A stretch of 64,000 nt of DNA from Candidatus Bathyarchaeota archaeon (GCA_963846735.1 CAWJXC010000006.1:11735-75734), one strand, 5' to 3'. Counted from the first letter of the stretch, positions 21,802 to 34,146 are shown. Notes: generated from the sequence alone by a model not told the origin. A program made the numbers and translations.

Positions 21802-21805
<4 letters not shown>
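21245..21805 (+). CDS. PrsW-family intramembrane metalloprotease (frameshifted)
   Basis: LAPFIEELAK motif near 21410, GLGFGIAE, FHASS, SLHVANN across reading frames. Confidence 0.75.
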
Positions 21806-22971
<1,166 letters not shown>

Positions 22972-23010
22972 TTCTGCTTGCTCTTTAATGGTGAATGGAC
23001 TTGGCGGATG

Positions 23011-23181
23011 TTAAAAGTTTCTGCGGTAAAGGCTATTTGCGTTGGAGCAATCCATGCAGGTAGCAACCAACTTTACATTATCCACTGAGGGTTTGGCTAC
23101 TAAGAAGCTTTTGGCAGTAACGGTTACGTAACCGATTGGTTTGCCGCATTTTTGGCACCTTAACGGGTTAGAATCACTCAT
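23011..23181 (-). CDS. 56-aa zinc-finger micro-protein
   Basis: MSDSNPLRCQKCGKPIGYV...LVATCMDCSNANSLYRRNF, two CxxC motifs, GGTG SD upstream. Confidence 0.7.
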   Translation of the reverse strand: MSDSNPLRCQKCGKPIGYVTVTAKSFLVAKPSVDNVKLVATCMDCSNANSLYRRNF

Positions 23182-23264
23182 TCTGCACCACTACCCTATC
23201 CTAGAATGGTTATAAGTAACCTTAATAATTTGTCTTGTGTATATCACGGGAAAAGGCGAAAATT

Positions 23265-23937
23265 ATGGAAGGATATGGACCACAATTACCTCAATTGCCA
23301 CAGATGCCGCAGCGACCAATCACAGCAAGCCCAGCAAGGAGGCGGCGTATGGATGCCAGGCGCCACCACAGTCGGCGCTGTCTTCGCAGACGGAGTAATC
23401 TTAGCCTCTGAAAAAAGAGTAACATACGGCTACTTCATCATGAGTAAAGGCGGCAAAAAAGTCTTCAAAGTAACAGATCGCATCGGCGTTGCATGCGCAG
23501 GACTCGTTGGAGACATGCAGATCCTCGCCAAAGAAATGGAGGCACAAGCCAACCTCTACAGCATGGATGTCGGCAGAAAAATCAGCGTGCGTTCTGCAGC
23601 AAAACTTATGGCTAACGTACTGTTCAACCGTCGATACGCACCATTGTTCACTCAAACAATCGTCGGCGGCTTAGATGAAGAAGGCGCATCACTCTACGTG
23701 CTTGACGTCTTAGGTTCACTTATACCTGACAAGTACGCGGTTGTGGGTTCAGGAACAGAAATCGCCATGGGTGTTCTCGAAGAAGGCTACAAAGAAACCA
23801 TGACTGCGCAAGAAGCAAAAGAACTCGTGACTCGCTCGATAAAGTCAGCTGTAAGCAGAGATTCCATGAGCGGCGACGGCATAGACTTCCTTATCATCAC
23901 TAAGGAAGGCATCGCTGAAGAATCCATAAAGTTTTAA
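23265..23937 (+). CDS. psmB: Proteasome beta subunit (Thr1->Ala variant; indel in propeptide)
   Basis: PG/ATTVG..ILASEKRVT..KKVF..AGLVGDMQ..VGSG..RDSMSGDG; Gln/Pro-rich propeptide from ATG 23265. Confidence 0.93.
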
Positions 23938-24004
23938 CCAATTCCTCATCTTTTAATATTTTTTAGTTTAGCAACGGTTTAGCTGTGCAAAGGAAGGAAA
24001 TGTT

Positions 24005-24628
24005 ATGTCGTTTGAACTAACTGATGAAGAAGGAAAATTCCTAATCCAACTTGCACGAAACACGGTAAAACAATATTTAGAAACTGGCAAAACCCCCAAA
24101 CCGCCCAAAGAAACACCAAAAAAACTCTTTGAACACTGCGGCGTTTTCGTAACCATAAACAGTGTGGCGCATGGCGAGAAGGAGCTTCGCGGCTGCATAG
24201 GATACCCATACCCAACAAGCCCACTTGTGGAGGCAGTGATTGATTCAGCCATAAACGCTGCAACAGAGGACCCACGGTTTGAACCCATATCCACCGACGA
24301 GTTGGACAAGGTTGTTTTTGAAGTCAGCGTGCTTACACCGCCAGAACCAGTCGAAGTGAAGAACCCCAAGGAATATTTGAGCAAGATTAAGGTTGGCGAA
24401 GACGGCTTAATCGTTGAAAGAGGACCCTACAAGGGGTTGCTTTTGCCGCAGGTGCCAGTGGAGTGGGGTTGGTGCGAAGAAGAATTTTTGTGCCAATGCT
24501 GCATGAAAGCAGGCTTGCCACCAGACAGCTGGTTAACTAAAGACGCGAAAGTCTACAAGTTCAAAGCTATAATCTTTGACGAAGAAACACCCAACGGCGA
24601 AGTCAAACGCCTAAACCTAACCCAATAA
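24005..24628 (+). CDS. AMMECR1-domain protein (TIGR00296)
   Basis: GVFVTI..LRGCIGY..AATEDPRF..EVSVLT..GLLLPQVPVE..CMKAGL. Confidence 0.95.
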   Translation: MSFELTDEEGKFLIQLARNTVKQYLETGKTPKPPKETPKKLFEHCGVFVTINSVAHGEKELRGCIGYPYPTSPLVEAVIDSAINAATEDPRFEPISTDELDKVVFEVSVLTPPEPVEVKNPKEYLSKIKVGEDGLIVERGPYKGLLLPQVPVEWGWCEEEFLCQCCMKAGLPPDSWLTKDAKVYKFKAIIFDEETPNGEVKRLNLTQ

Positions 24629-24632
24629 GCAA

Positions 24633-25773
24633 TTAATCCAGCAGGGTTTCTACGATTGAAACTGCCCTGTCTAAACCTCTAAACCTGTTAGAGAACTCGT
24701 TTAGCGCCGCCACGCTTTTGTTGTAGGGTTCTTTTTCGCTTTCCATTTTTTGGACGGCTTTTTCAAGTTGTTTTTTGTTTTTAACAGTTATTGAGCAGTT
24801 TAAGTCTTGAAGTTTAGCAGCGTTGCCTAATTGTTCAGGCTGGGTTGGAATGCAGATGCTTGGTTTACCGTACTTGACTGGTTTCAAAACAAGTTGCATG
24901 TCCACCGCTAAAAATTACGAATTTGGCGTTTTTCATGGCTTCCTCACGTTCTTCAGTGGATAGCCATGTGTGGAGTTCGCAGTTGCCGATTTTGGTTGAA
25001 GCTTTCTTTCCTGGGGTGCCTAAGCTTATGATGCATTTGGTTTTTAGTTTTTCAAGCACTGGCAGAAGGGTTTTGGTGAGTTTTGCTCTTGTTCCAACGG
25101 GTCCGCTTATTGGCGCAAAAATGTGCTCTTGGGAACCTTTAACGGGTGTGGTGTCAACGAAGGCTCCTACGTACTCGACTTTTCCGTTTAATCCCATGTT
25201 ATCTATGTTGCCGATGCTGTATTCGGATATCGTGTATGGGGGTGGGTTGTCTGGAATTATGATTTTTGAGCAATGCTTAACATACCGCTCAACCACGCGT
25301 TCGCCTGGATTAAGAAAAGCTGAGAAACCGTAGCTTGGTCTTATCATGTTGGCAATGTAGACTGAGGGAATTTTCCATCTTTGAGCAAGCCGAAGAGCGT
25401 TTATGTCGCCATCAGCTATGAGCATGTCTGGTGCAATGTCATGCAAGTTTTCTCTTAAATCGTAGTAGCGGTGGATGGTTTCCATGGCGTTGGATTTTTT
25501 TATTTCAAACCTGTTTTGTTCCATGTTGAAGAGTGGAAGTGGAAATAAGAGGTTGATTAGTGAGGCTGAAGTGATTATGCCATGGGCGTTTTCATACCAT
25601 GAGATTGGTGTGCACTTGTAAACATTGCTGAATTCTTTTTGGAGCATCTCGTAGGCTTTGCCGCCTGAGAAAAAGAACATTTCATGACCATTTTTCTCCA
25701 GCCGTTTCCCTAACGGAATGATTCGTGAAACGTGACCTAATCCGAGTTCGGAGCAGCTGAGTAGCAGTCGCAT
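24633..25773 (-). CDS. GT-B glycosyltransferase (MurG/GT28-like; one indel)
   Basis: GLGHVSR N-terminal motif, FSGGHAT..E, GKPSICIPTQPEQLGNA. Confidence 0.85.
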
Positions 25774-25867
25774 ACAACATACAGATAAGTGCAAGATTAT
25801 ATTTGAACTATCCCTTAACGGTGGAAAAAAGCAAGCAATTTAAGCTCTAAGCGCCAACACTACAAGT

Positions 25868-26725
25868 ATGTTTGTTCCACGAAGAATTGTGGAGGAAAAG
25901 CTCAAGCAAATCCTCGCCGACGACATCGGGCAGGGCGACGTGACGGCGGCAGCAGTTATTCCTCCGAATTTAACCGTTAACGCAGAAGTTATAGCGAAGG
26001 AAGACGGAATAGCAGCTGGAATCGAAGAAGCAACAATTCTCGCAGAATACTTAGGGCTGACAGTTAACGCTAAAGTTGCTGATGGAGAAAAAATCAAAAA
26101 CAAACAAGTCCTAATGCAAATTTCAGGCGACGCCCAAACTATCCTTTCAGTTGAGCGGACAATGCTTAATCTTCTTTCACGAATGAGCGGCATCGCAACC
26201 AAAACACGAATGCTTGACGAGAAACTTGAGACGGCAAACGTGAAAGCGCAAGATTGCTGCAACACGCAAATCAGCGCCAGGACTGCTCTATTTTGACAAA
26301 AAAGCCGTTGTCATTGGAGGCGGTGACCCGCATAGGCTGCATTTGGATGACATGGTTCTGATTAAAGATAATCACCTCGCAATTGTCGGAAGCGTTGAGG
26401 AAGCAGTTAAGAAGGCTAAAGCTAATGCTTCTTTTAGCAAAAAAATCGAAGTCGAAGTAACCAATGTTGAGGATGCCTTGAAAGCGGCAAAGGCAGGCGC
26501 TGACATCATTATGCTGGATAACTTTTCTCCCAAACAAGCCAAAGCTGCAGGCGAAGCGCTTAGGAAGGCTGGGTTTGGCAAAGTGTTGCTTGAAGTAAGC
26601 GGCGGAATAACAGGCGAAAACCTCTTGGAGTATGCGCCAAGCGCAAGTTGACATCATAAGCATGGGCGAACTTGACTCACAGCGTTAAAGCATTAGACAT
26701 AAGCTTAGAAATAGTGAAAGAATAA
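25868..26725 (+). CDS. nadC: Quinolinate phosphoribosyltransferase (indels)
   Basis: DDIGQGDVT, ERTMLNLLSRMSGIAT, ATRK, LIKDNH, IEVEV, DIIMLDNF, EVSGGI. Confidence 0.95.
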
Positions 26726-26749
26726 AAAAGAATTGCTAACTTGCCCATT

Positions 26750-27301
26750 TTAGCCTAAAACAGTTATTAACCAAACCTCTACTACGGCGCCATGCAAGCA
26801 AACCCGCGCAGATGCCAATGAATATTGCCGTCCATTTTAGCTCACGCCAACGCCGCTGCGTTAATCTGCGGAACAGCCAGATGCTCTCTGCCATGGCGAT
26901 TGAATAGGACGGCGAATTCTAGCCAGAACACGGGCGTCACCACTAAGCTTGCAAGACCTACCCATACGGGGTAACCTTGTGTGGCTGCTATAGCGCCAAG
27001 CGCAACACCAGTGTCAAAGAGTATGAACATTCCCAATGCAGCCCCAGCTACTGGAATAAACATTAGTAGGCAGATTGAAAAGTTGTTTATGAAAATGTAT
27101 TGCGTTAGGGTGTTGTTGGCTTTGTTCTGGTTTAGTGTTTGGTTAAGCCTGATTGCTTAGGGTATGTGCGTCTTGTGAGCTGAGCGGTATATAACTTCCA
27201 ATTATTGTGACTATGAAGGCAACTATGAAGATGGCTATGATTGAGTAGATTCTTTTTCGTCTTGGTGAAGCGTTCTTCCAAAAAGACAAATCAAGTTTCA
27301 T
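26750..27301 (-). CDS. SpoIIM-like membrane protein (frameshifted)
   Basis: IFINNFSICLLMFIPVAG..TPVFWLEF; hydrophobic segments; ATG 27301. Confidence 0.7.
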
Positions 27302-27313
27302 AAAACAAACCTC

Positions 27314-28005
27314 TTAATGTATTGGCGTAATTTTTAAGGCTCGGAATCCTCTTGCAATAGGGTTTAACGTTTCTGACAATTTAACCTTTGTTAAAACGCC
27401 TTGCATATCTACGCTGAATCCCCGCACGTCATGCTCGTTTGCTATGAGCGAATGAAGGTAAACTCGGTTATCCAAAACTCTGGGCTGGCACATGTGCGGT
27501 AACCCCAACAAAACGCTTTCTTTCTCATCCACCGCCCTTTGGCAAGCAAACAGAATGGCTTCTGCACCAGCCGTCAACTCAGCAATCCGCACAGGCACAC
27601 TCTCCTTGCCAATAGCCAACATGTCAATGCCGTGGAGCCGTTTGATTTCGCCAGCGATTTTCCTGAGTCTTGGCAAAATCTTGAGAATGTTCTGTCTGCC
27701 CGTTCTTGATGCCCGCATGTTTATGAGTTCAACTGGCGACAACTCCTCAATCGAAACTCCGCCCAACGACATATCCAAATGCACAACATCAGCCTTCATC
27801 TTATCGAGCAAGCTTCGGCAGAGTTCAGCTTCATGCACAATCACATCAAACCCGCTGTCAACTTCCCTAAAAATCGGCTCAGCCAACCGAAAAGATGGCT
27901 CCCTATACGGCGGCTCAACCAGCACCGAAACAGAAGCAACAAGATACACTGGCTTAAACTGCTCATCCAAAATTGCCGCGCAGAATCCGCCGAAATAACT
28001 TTCAA
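27314..28005 (-). CDS. DUF4152 family protein
   Basis: Rejoined MKVISADS-AAILDE..SVLVEPPY..DVVHLDMSLGG..AIGKESVPVRIAE..LGLP. Confidence 0.75.
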
Positions 28006-28064
28006 ATCTTTGCACCTAACTAAAGAAAGAAGTTAACGTGGAAAATTAGCTTTCCTCTTCGCAT

Positions 28065-28684
28065 TTACCGCGCAGCCTTTAAGCCTAACGCTAAAAGGTA
28101 CATTTCGGAGCTTTTTTGTCGGCTTGCCTGAGGCTTCACCATCTTAACCGTCTTCAAAAAGCCTCTTTACAGTTTAATATGAAATCGTTGAGCATGTCTC
28201 CTTCGAAGACTTTGACAAAAAAGTTACCGTTAGGTCGCAGTACGCATTGGGCGATTTCTAGGGCTTTGTTGGCTAAGTCGATTTGTCTTGCATGGTCAAC
28301 TTCCCACACGCCCGTAACGTTTGGTGCAGCGTCACAGAGAACTACGTCTGCTTTGCGCGGCAGAAAAGACAAGGATTTGTTCCACTGTTCCTGGTTCAGT
28401 AAAGTCAGCGATGATTGTGCGTATGTATTCTTGTGTGAAGGGTTCAATCGGCTTTAAGTCAACGCCTAAAACGAAGCCGTGTTTGCCAGTCATTTTTCTT
28501 GCTGCTTGAATCCAGCCGCCTGGAGCAGCGCCTAAATCAACAACTATATCTCGTAAGTTTTATGAAGCCATATTTTTCGTTAGCTTGAATTAGCTTGTAT
28601 GTGGATCGGCTGCGGTAGTTTTCTTCTTTGGCTTTCTTATAGTAATATTCGTTTTTTCTTTCACTGTATCCAAGCTTTCGGCAA
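28065..28684 (-). CDS. rlmE: 23S rRNA 2'-O-methyltransferase RlmE/FtsJ (frameshifted)
   Basis: [52 protein letters not shown]. Confidence 0.9.
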
Positions 28685-28689
28685 CGGAA

Positions 28690-29103
28690 TCATCCTCTGG
28701 TATGCTTGGCTGCTGCTGGTGCGCTTGGACCTTCAGGAGCAGCAGGTGCTGGCGGTTTTCCTAAATTAAGTATCCAATCGGTTAGTTTGGGACAACTTTT
28801 CGGGGAAAGGGCGGTTGTTGGGTCGCAGCGTGCGTTGTCTGGACAAAGTAGGCATGGGCAATCCACGATGGTTTCTATAGATGCAGGCAGCCTTTTGGGG
28901 TAGAGCCTATAGGTCCATCTGCCTTCTTGAAGTTCTTTTTCTCTGCGGATAAGCCCCTTCTCTTCGAGTTTAATGGAGACGCGTGAGCCTTCGCGGCTGC
29001 TTGCGCCAAGTTCACGCCATAAATCTGATTGAAGCACGCCTTGGTAGCCAGTACCGACGACGTAGTGGAGTGCTTTCTGTTCAAGGTCATTACGCTTAGG
29101 CAT
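28690..29103 (-). CDS. Transcription factor E beta / Rpc34 homolog
   Basis: wHTH (GVLQSDLWREL..SREGSRVSIKLEEKGLIRRE..GRWTY) plus Fe-S motif PCLLCP...C.....SPKSCPKLTDW. Confidence 0.85.
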   Translation of the reverse strand: MPKRNDLEQKALHYVVGTGYQGVLQSDLWRELGASSREGSRVSIKLEEKGLIRREKELQEGRWTYRLYPKRLPASIETIVDCPCLLCPDNARCDPTTALSPKSCPKLTDWILNLGKPPAPAAPEGPSAPAAAKHTRG

Positions 29104-29172
29104 CTAAATCAATTCCGAATAATACAGTAATATAAGCGTTGGTTTCACATAAAAATATGTATCCCTAGTAAA

Positions 29173-30213
29173 ATGTGGAATGGCATGAGAAAAACCAAGA
29201 AAGATGATTCAGGCAGTTACTGTTTGGGCATTGAATCTTCAGCTGACGACTTTGGCGTTGGAATCGTCACGTTTAACGGCGAAATCTTAGCCAACAAATC
29301 CGACAGCTACATCCCCGCCGAAGGCGGAATCCACCCCCGAGAAGCCGCAAGACACCACGCTGAAGTCGCAGACAAAGTCCTAAACCAAGCCCTAACAAAA
29401 GCCAACATAAAACCGCGTGACCTCTCAGCTATTGCGTTTTCTCAGGGACCAGGCTTAGGACCATCCCTGCGTACAGGAGCAACCGTTGCCCGCGCCTTAG
29501 CTTCATACCTCGACGTTCCGCTGGTAGGCGTCAACCATTCCGTAGCACACATCGAAATCGGAAAACTCAAAACAGGCGCACACGACCCTGTGACGCTTTA
29601 CGCTTCAGGAGGCAACACCATGGTGACCGCTTTCGAGTCTGGACGGTACAGGGTTTTCGGTGAAACCTTGGACATTGCGCTTGGCAACTGTTTGGACGTT
29701 TTTGCCCGGGAAGCTGGACTTAAGCACAAGAAGGGTTTGCCGCTTGGTGCCGCGGTGGAGCAGTTGGCAGCTAAAGGCGAAAAGCTGGTTTCGCTGCCGT
29801 ATGTGGTGAAAGGCATGGATTTGTCGCTCAGCGGATTGTTAACAGCGGCAACGACGGCGTTGCATAAGGGCGATTGCACGCTTGAGGATTTGTGTTACAG
29901 TCTCCAAGAACACGCCTTCTCCATGGTGACAGAGGTTACTGAACGTGCACTGGCTCATACGGAAAAGAAAGAAGTTTTGCTGACTGGTGGAGTGGCAGCG
30001 AATAAGCGGTTGCAATCCATGCTTGTAGTCATCGCGGAGGAGCATGATGCACGCTTCAATGTGGTTCCGCTCGAGTTCGCAACCGACAACGGCGCCATGA
30101 TTGCATGGACTGGCGTTTTGGCTTTTCGGCATGGGTTGACTACGGCTTTGGATGAGAGTTTTGTAAAGTTGCGGTGGCGAGTAGACAAGGTGGATGTGCC
30201 ATGGATACAATAG
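29173..30213 (+). CDS. kae1: KEOPS t6A threonylcarbamoyltransferase Kae1
   Basis: LGIESSA, GGIHPREAARHH, SQGPGLG, VNHSVAHIE, SGGNT, GGVAAN, TDNGAMIAW. Confidence 0.97.
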   Translation: MWNGMRKTKKDDSGSYCLGIESSADDFGVGIVTFNGEILANKSDSYIPAEGGIHPREAARHHAEVADKVLNQALTKANIKPRDLSAIAFSQGPGLGPSLRTGATVARALASYLDVPLVGVNHSVAHIEIGKLKTGAHDPVTLYASGGNTMVTAFESGRYRVFGETLDIALGNCLDVFAREAGLKHKKGLPLGAAVEQLAAKGEKLVSLPYVVKGMDLSLSGLLTAATTALHKGDCTLEDLCYSLQEHAFSMVTEVTERALAHTEKKEVLLTGGVAANKRLQSMLVVIAEEHDARFNVVPLEFATDNGAMIAWTGVLAFRHGLTTALDESFVKLRWRVDKVDVPWIQ

Positions 30214-30869
30214 ATAAAATAGATACAGCAAAGCTGCTAAAGAAAGGCGCCGAAGCCAGCCTTTTCCTTACCGATTGGCATGAACGAAAAGTAATCATCA
30301 AAGTGCGCATTCCCAAAAAGTACCGCCCAAAAGAGTTGGATGAGCAAATTCGCAATTACCGAACCGTACATGAGCCCCAGTTGATGCATGAAGCCAAAGC
30401 CGCTGGAGTGCCGACGCCTCTTATTTACATGGTTAACGTGCCCGAATCTTCGATAACTATGGAGTTTGTTGAGGGGCAGCAAATAAAACAGGTATTAAAC
30501 AGCGTTTTCAAGGCTGAGCGCCATGATTTGTGCGTTAAAATCGGCGAATCCATCGCGCACCTGCACAGAAATGGCTTAATCCACGGCGACCTAACCACCT
30601 CCAACATGATTCTCCATCCCGAAGGCAAGGTTTTCTTTGTTGACTTCGGTTTGGGCGAAAAAAACATCGAACTCGAAGCTAAAGGCGTCGATTTGCATCT
30701 CTTGAAGCGTGCATTGCAGAGTACGCATTACATGTTCTGGGAAGAATGCTTCCAAAACGTGCTATGCGGCTACACATCCATTTTAGGTGTCGATGCGGCG
30801 GAAAAGGTTTATGAGAAAATCAGGGAAATAGAGAGGCGTGGGCGCTATGTCGAAGAACGAAAACAATAA
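30201..30869 (+). CDS. bud32: KEOPS kinase Bud32
   Basis: KGAEA, KVRIPKKYR, RTVHE, IHGDLTTSN, VDFGL, VDLHLL, IERRGRY. Confidence 0.96.
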   Translation: MDTIDKIDTAKLLKKGAEASLFLTDWHERKVIIKVRIPKKYRPKELDEQIRNYRTVHEPQLMHEAKAAGVPTPLIYMVNVPESSITMEFVEGQQIKQVLNSVFKAERHDLCVKIGESIAHLHRNGLIHGDLTTSNMILHPEGKVFFVDFGLGEKNIELEAKGVDLHLLKRALQSTHYMFWEECFQNVLCGYTSILGVDAAEKVYEKIREIERRGRYVEERKQ

Positions 30870-31455
30870 CTTTCGCTTAAAGGGCAAAGTTGTCTTTTTT
30901 GCAACAGGCAACATTAACAAGTTTAACGAGGCACGCGGCATCCTCAGCCAATATGGCATTGCGGTGGGTATGCTCAAGCTAAAGGGCGACGAAATCCAGA
31001 GTGACAGCCTAAAAGAAATCGCAGAAAAAAGCGTCCAAAACGCGTACAGACGCAGCCATTTGCCGATTTTTGTGGAAGACGCAGGCTTGTTCATTGATGC
31101 TTTAAGCGGGTTTCCCGGTCCATACGCCGCCTACGTTTACCATACAATCCATAACAGCGGCATCCTAAAGCTCATGGAGAACCTAAAGGACCGAAACGCC
31201 AAATTCCAATCAGTTATAGCCTACTGCGACGACCAAACTCCCTGCGAACCCGAATGCTTCGACGGCGAATCTAAAGGACAAATAACCCCTATTGAACGCA
31301 AAGAACAGGGCAAGTCAGGTTTCGGTTTTGACCCCATCTTCCAACCAGCAGGCAGCGGCAAAACATTTGCAGAAATGACCATTACGGAAAAGAATGGTTA
31401 CTCGCACAGGGCAATGGCTATTCGAAAGTTTGCGGAATGGTACAAAAAACAGTAG
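30847..31455 (+). CDS. rdgB: Non-canonical purine NTP pyrophosphatase (HAM1/RdgB)
   Basis: FATGNINKFNE, EIQSD, VEDAGL..GFPGPY, GFGFDPIF, KNGYSHR. Confidence 0.96.
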   Translation: MSKNENNNFRLKGKVVFFATGNINKFNEARGILSQYGIAVGMLKLKGDEIQSDSLKEIAEKSVQNAYRRSHLPIFVEDAGLFIDALSGFPGPYAAYVYHTIHNSGILKLMENLKDRNAKFQSVIAYCDDQTPCEPECFDGESKGQITPIERKEQGKSGFGFDPIFQPAGSGKTFAEMTITEKNGYSHRAMAIRKFAEWYKKQ

Positions 31456-31530
31456 ACTTGGCGGTTTTTGCGCCGTTTAAAAAGTGTTATATTGTTAACC
31501 TCACAATAAGCAGATTGAGGGTGAGCACAA

Positions 31531-32046
31531 ATGTGGCAAAACCCAAATAAAAACAGGTCTTTGCACGAAGGCTTAATCACTGCCTTGGCAGTCGGCGGAT
31601 TCTTCATCATCTTAGGCTCAATGTTTGCTTTTACTCCAGGCTTAATTCAGAATACAAACGCGTTCTTCAGCGACTTAACCACTGTTTCCTATTCTTTGGG
31701 CAGTTCCAGCACCGTGAATTTGCCTGTCCCAGCCAACCCTGCAGCACACATCAGCTTCTTTACGGCTGTGATGAATTTCCTCTTAGCCATCGGCATACTG
31801 CAAATCGTCATCTTAGCCCTAAGGTTGTGGGTAAAATCGCCGATTAGGCGGATAGCTGAAACCGTGGGCAACATGATATTCTGGCTGGGCGCCGCGGTCA
31901 TGGCAAACATTTTCCTACTATCTGGAACGCTTAATGGTTGGTTCCAGTTCTGGGCAACGCTAATCATACTCGTTGGAGCCTCGTTGATTGCGCGGTTCTT
32001 TGTGTATTTTGCCCAAAAATTAAGTAACCGAATGAAAGAACCTTAA
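31531..32046 (+). CDS. Four-TM hypothetical membrane protein
   Basis: Hydrophobic helices; LPVPANPAAH..ILALR..SPIRRIAETVGNMIFWLG; paralog at 55851..56369. Confidence 0.8.
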   Translation: MWQNPNKNRSLHEGLITALAVGGFFIILGSMFAFTPGLIQNTNAFFSDLTTVSYSLGSSSTVNLPVPANPAAHISFFTAVMNFLLAIGILQIVILALRLWVKSPIRRIAETVGNMIFWLGAAVMANIFLLSGTLNGWFQFWATLIILVGASLIARFFVYFAQKLSNRMKEP

Positions 32047-32135
32047 GAAAACTGTGGAAATTTTCTGGTTTTTCACGTTAAGGGGATTACTTTTAAATAT
32101 TGGGGCGGCGTGGTTTAGTTGCGCAATAAGGTGTA

Positions 32136-32579
32136 ATGATGCCAAAGCAAGAAAAAGGTAAATCCCATTCAATGCGTCCTGTCAGCAGGCGCCCTCCAAG
32201 CTGGTGCAAGTACCAGCCTGAAGAAGTAGAAGCATTCATAATTAAACTGGCTAAAGAAGGCCACTCAATGAGCAGCATAGGCACTGTCCTAAGAGACCAA
32301 TACGCAATTCCACTGGTGAAACCCATCACTGGCAAGAGCATAAGCGACACACTCAAAGCCTCAGGATTAGCCCCAACAATGCCTGAAGATCTATCCAACC
32401 TCATGAAAAAAGCCCAAAGCCTCGCTGTTCACATGGAAAAAAACAAGAAAGACCTACACAACAAACGCAACATGCAAATCATCGAAGCCCACATCCACAA
32501 GCTATCGCGCTACTATAAGCGTGAAGGCATTATTGCAAAGAACTGGAAGTACGTGCCAAAAATCGCTTCCGTAACCTAA
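32136..32579 (+). CDS. rps15: 30S ribosomal protein uS15
   Basis: GKSHSMRP..PPSW..IGTVLRDQYAIP..PEDL..NKKDLHNKR..LSRYYKR. Confidence 0.97.
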   Translation: MMPKQEKGKSHSMRPVSRRPPSWCKYQPEEVEAFIIKLAKEGHSMSSIGTVLRDQYAIPLVKPITGKSISDTLKASGLAPTMPEDLSNLMKKAQSLAVHMEKNKKDLHNKRNMQIIEAHIHKLSRYYKREGIIAKNWKYVPKIASVT

Positions 32580-32707
32580 AACCTTCCTTTTCCTTTTAAT
32601 TTTGTAATTTACGGTTTTGCCTTTCTAGCTATCTCTGTATTATACGGAATAACTTTTCGCAAATTTAATAAGGCTAAATAACCCTCCCTCATTGAGGAAG
32701 CGGGAAC

Positions 32708-34075
32708 TTGCTAAAAGCCACATATGCAATTTTGGTTTTCATAGTGGTAATTGCTTCCCAAAGCATTGTTCAAGCTCAAGATAACCCAACATGGAATACG
32801 GCGCTCATAGATTCTAACGGCGCGGGCGGTTCGTTGGCACTAGATTCGAATGGAAACCCGCATGTTGTTTTTTCTCACTGGGATTACGCAAGAGACACGT
32901 TTAGCCGCACTATTACGACAAATCGTTTAGATTATGCCGTTTGGACAGGCAGCAGTTGGGATATTCAAACGGTTGATCCATCTGGAACCGGAGGATGGCT
33001 TAAGCTGGATTCAGGTAACCGCCCACATATAATCTACACTTCAGGCTCCAACCTTAACTATTCCCTCAAATATGCAACCCTAAACGGCGGAACATGGAAT
33101 ATTCAAACAGTTGACTCTTCAGAAACGGGCATACAGTACTCGATGGCTTTGGATTCAGCAGGTAACCCACATATAATATACACAACATTTCTAAACTCTG
33201 AAAATTACGGTAACGCCTCCAGTACACAGGACATAAAGTACGCCTCTTATAATGGGGTGAGATGGGCTATTCAAATCATCGACAAAGTGAAAACATCAGT
33301 TGGCTTCAATACACTGTCTATTGCCATAGATTCAAAAGGTAACCCTCATGTAGTGTACCTTGAAGCTGCTAGGTTTCCATATCCCAGCACCGCCGTCGGC
33401 GGCTTCAGTTTTTTGGACTGCTACAATGTGAAATACGCTTACTTATCGGATAAGCGCTGGCAGAATCAAACGTTGGTTACAAATTCCACAAACATTGGAA
33501 ATTTGGTTTTAAACTCTGATGGGCAGCCGAGCTTCTGTTATGAACATGACCTCTACTCGGTTAACATAGAACATGGTTCGTACGGGGTAAACGGCACTAA
33601 TAATTATGGGTATTGGGACGGACATGAATGGGTTTCTCGGCCCATTTACCCTACCCGGTTACAATCAGGAAAAATCTTCCTTCATTTAGATTCCAGTGAA
33701 AATCCCCAAGTGTACTTTTATGTCGGTGATTACCAAAATTCGAATAATAGCGGTTTAATGTATGCGCATTGGACGGGTTCAAACTGGGATATAAAAAATC
33801 TTGGAACTATCACTAATTCAACCTCTAGCACTGATACAAAGATTGCTGACATGACCTTCAGCTCAAGCGGACTCCCTGTTTTGACGGTTGATGCACCGGT
33901 TGGTTCAATACAAGGATTTTTCGTCTGGGGGAATTTAACCTATTCCAGTATAGATACATTACCAAACACTCCCGACAACAACTGGATAATAATTGCAGCA
34001 GTAATCGCCTTGATGGCAACTCTGATGTTTGCATTAATCATTTTAAAAATAAAGCGAAAGCATGCCAGTAGCTGA
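32708..34075 (+). CDS. Secreted, C-terminally anchored beta-propeller-like repeat protein
   Basis: Signal peptide, repeated SLALDS.GNPH(I/V).Y..KYA..NG..W.IQTVD units, C-terminal TM followed by basic tail. Confidence 0.8.
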   Translation: MLKATYAILVFIVVIASQSIVQAQDNPTWNTALIDSNGAGGSLALDSNGNPHVVFSHWDYARDTFSRTITTNRLDYAVWTGSSWDIQTVDPSGTGGWLKLDSGNRPHIIYTSGSNLNYSLKYATLNGGTWNIQTVDSSETGIQYSMALDSAGNPHIIYTTFLNSENYGNASSTQDIKYASYNGVRWAIQIIDKVKTSVGFNTLSIAIDSKGNPHVVYLEAARFPYPSTAVGGFSFLDCYNVKYAYLSDKRWQNQTLVTNSTNIGNLVLNSDGQPSFCYEHDLYSVNIEHGSYGVNGTNNYGYWDGHEWVSRPIYPTRLQSGKIFLHLDSSENPQVYFYVGDYQNSNNSGLMYAHWTGSNWDIKNLGTITNSTSSTDTKIADMTFSSSGLPVLTVDAPVGSIQGFFVWGNLTYSSIDTLPNTPDNNWIIIAAVIALMATLMFALIILKIKRKHASS

Positions 34076-34146
34076 ACGCTACGAGGCTACTTGATGCGCC
34101 AGCTTTAAATCCAATAGTCACCTTTTAGGCAAAGAAGTGACTTTGC

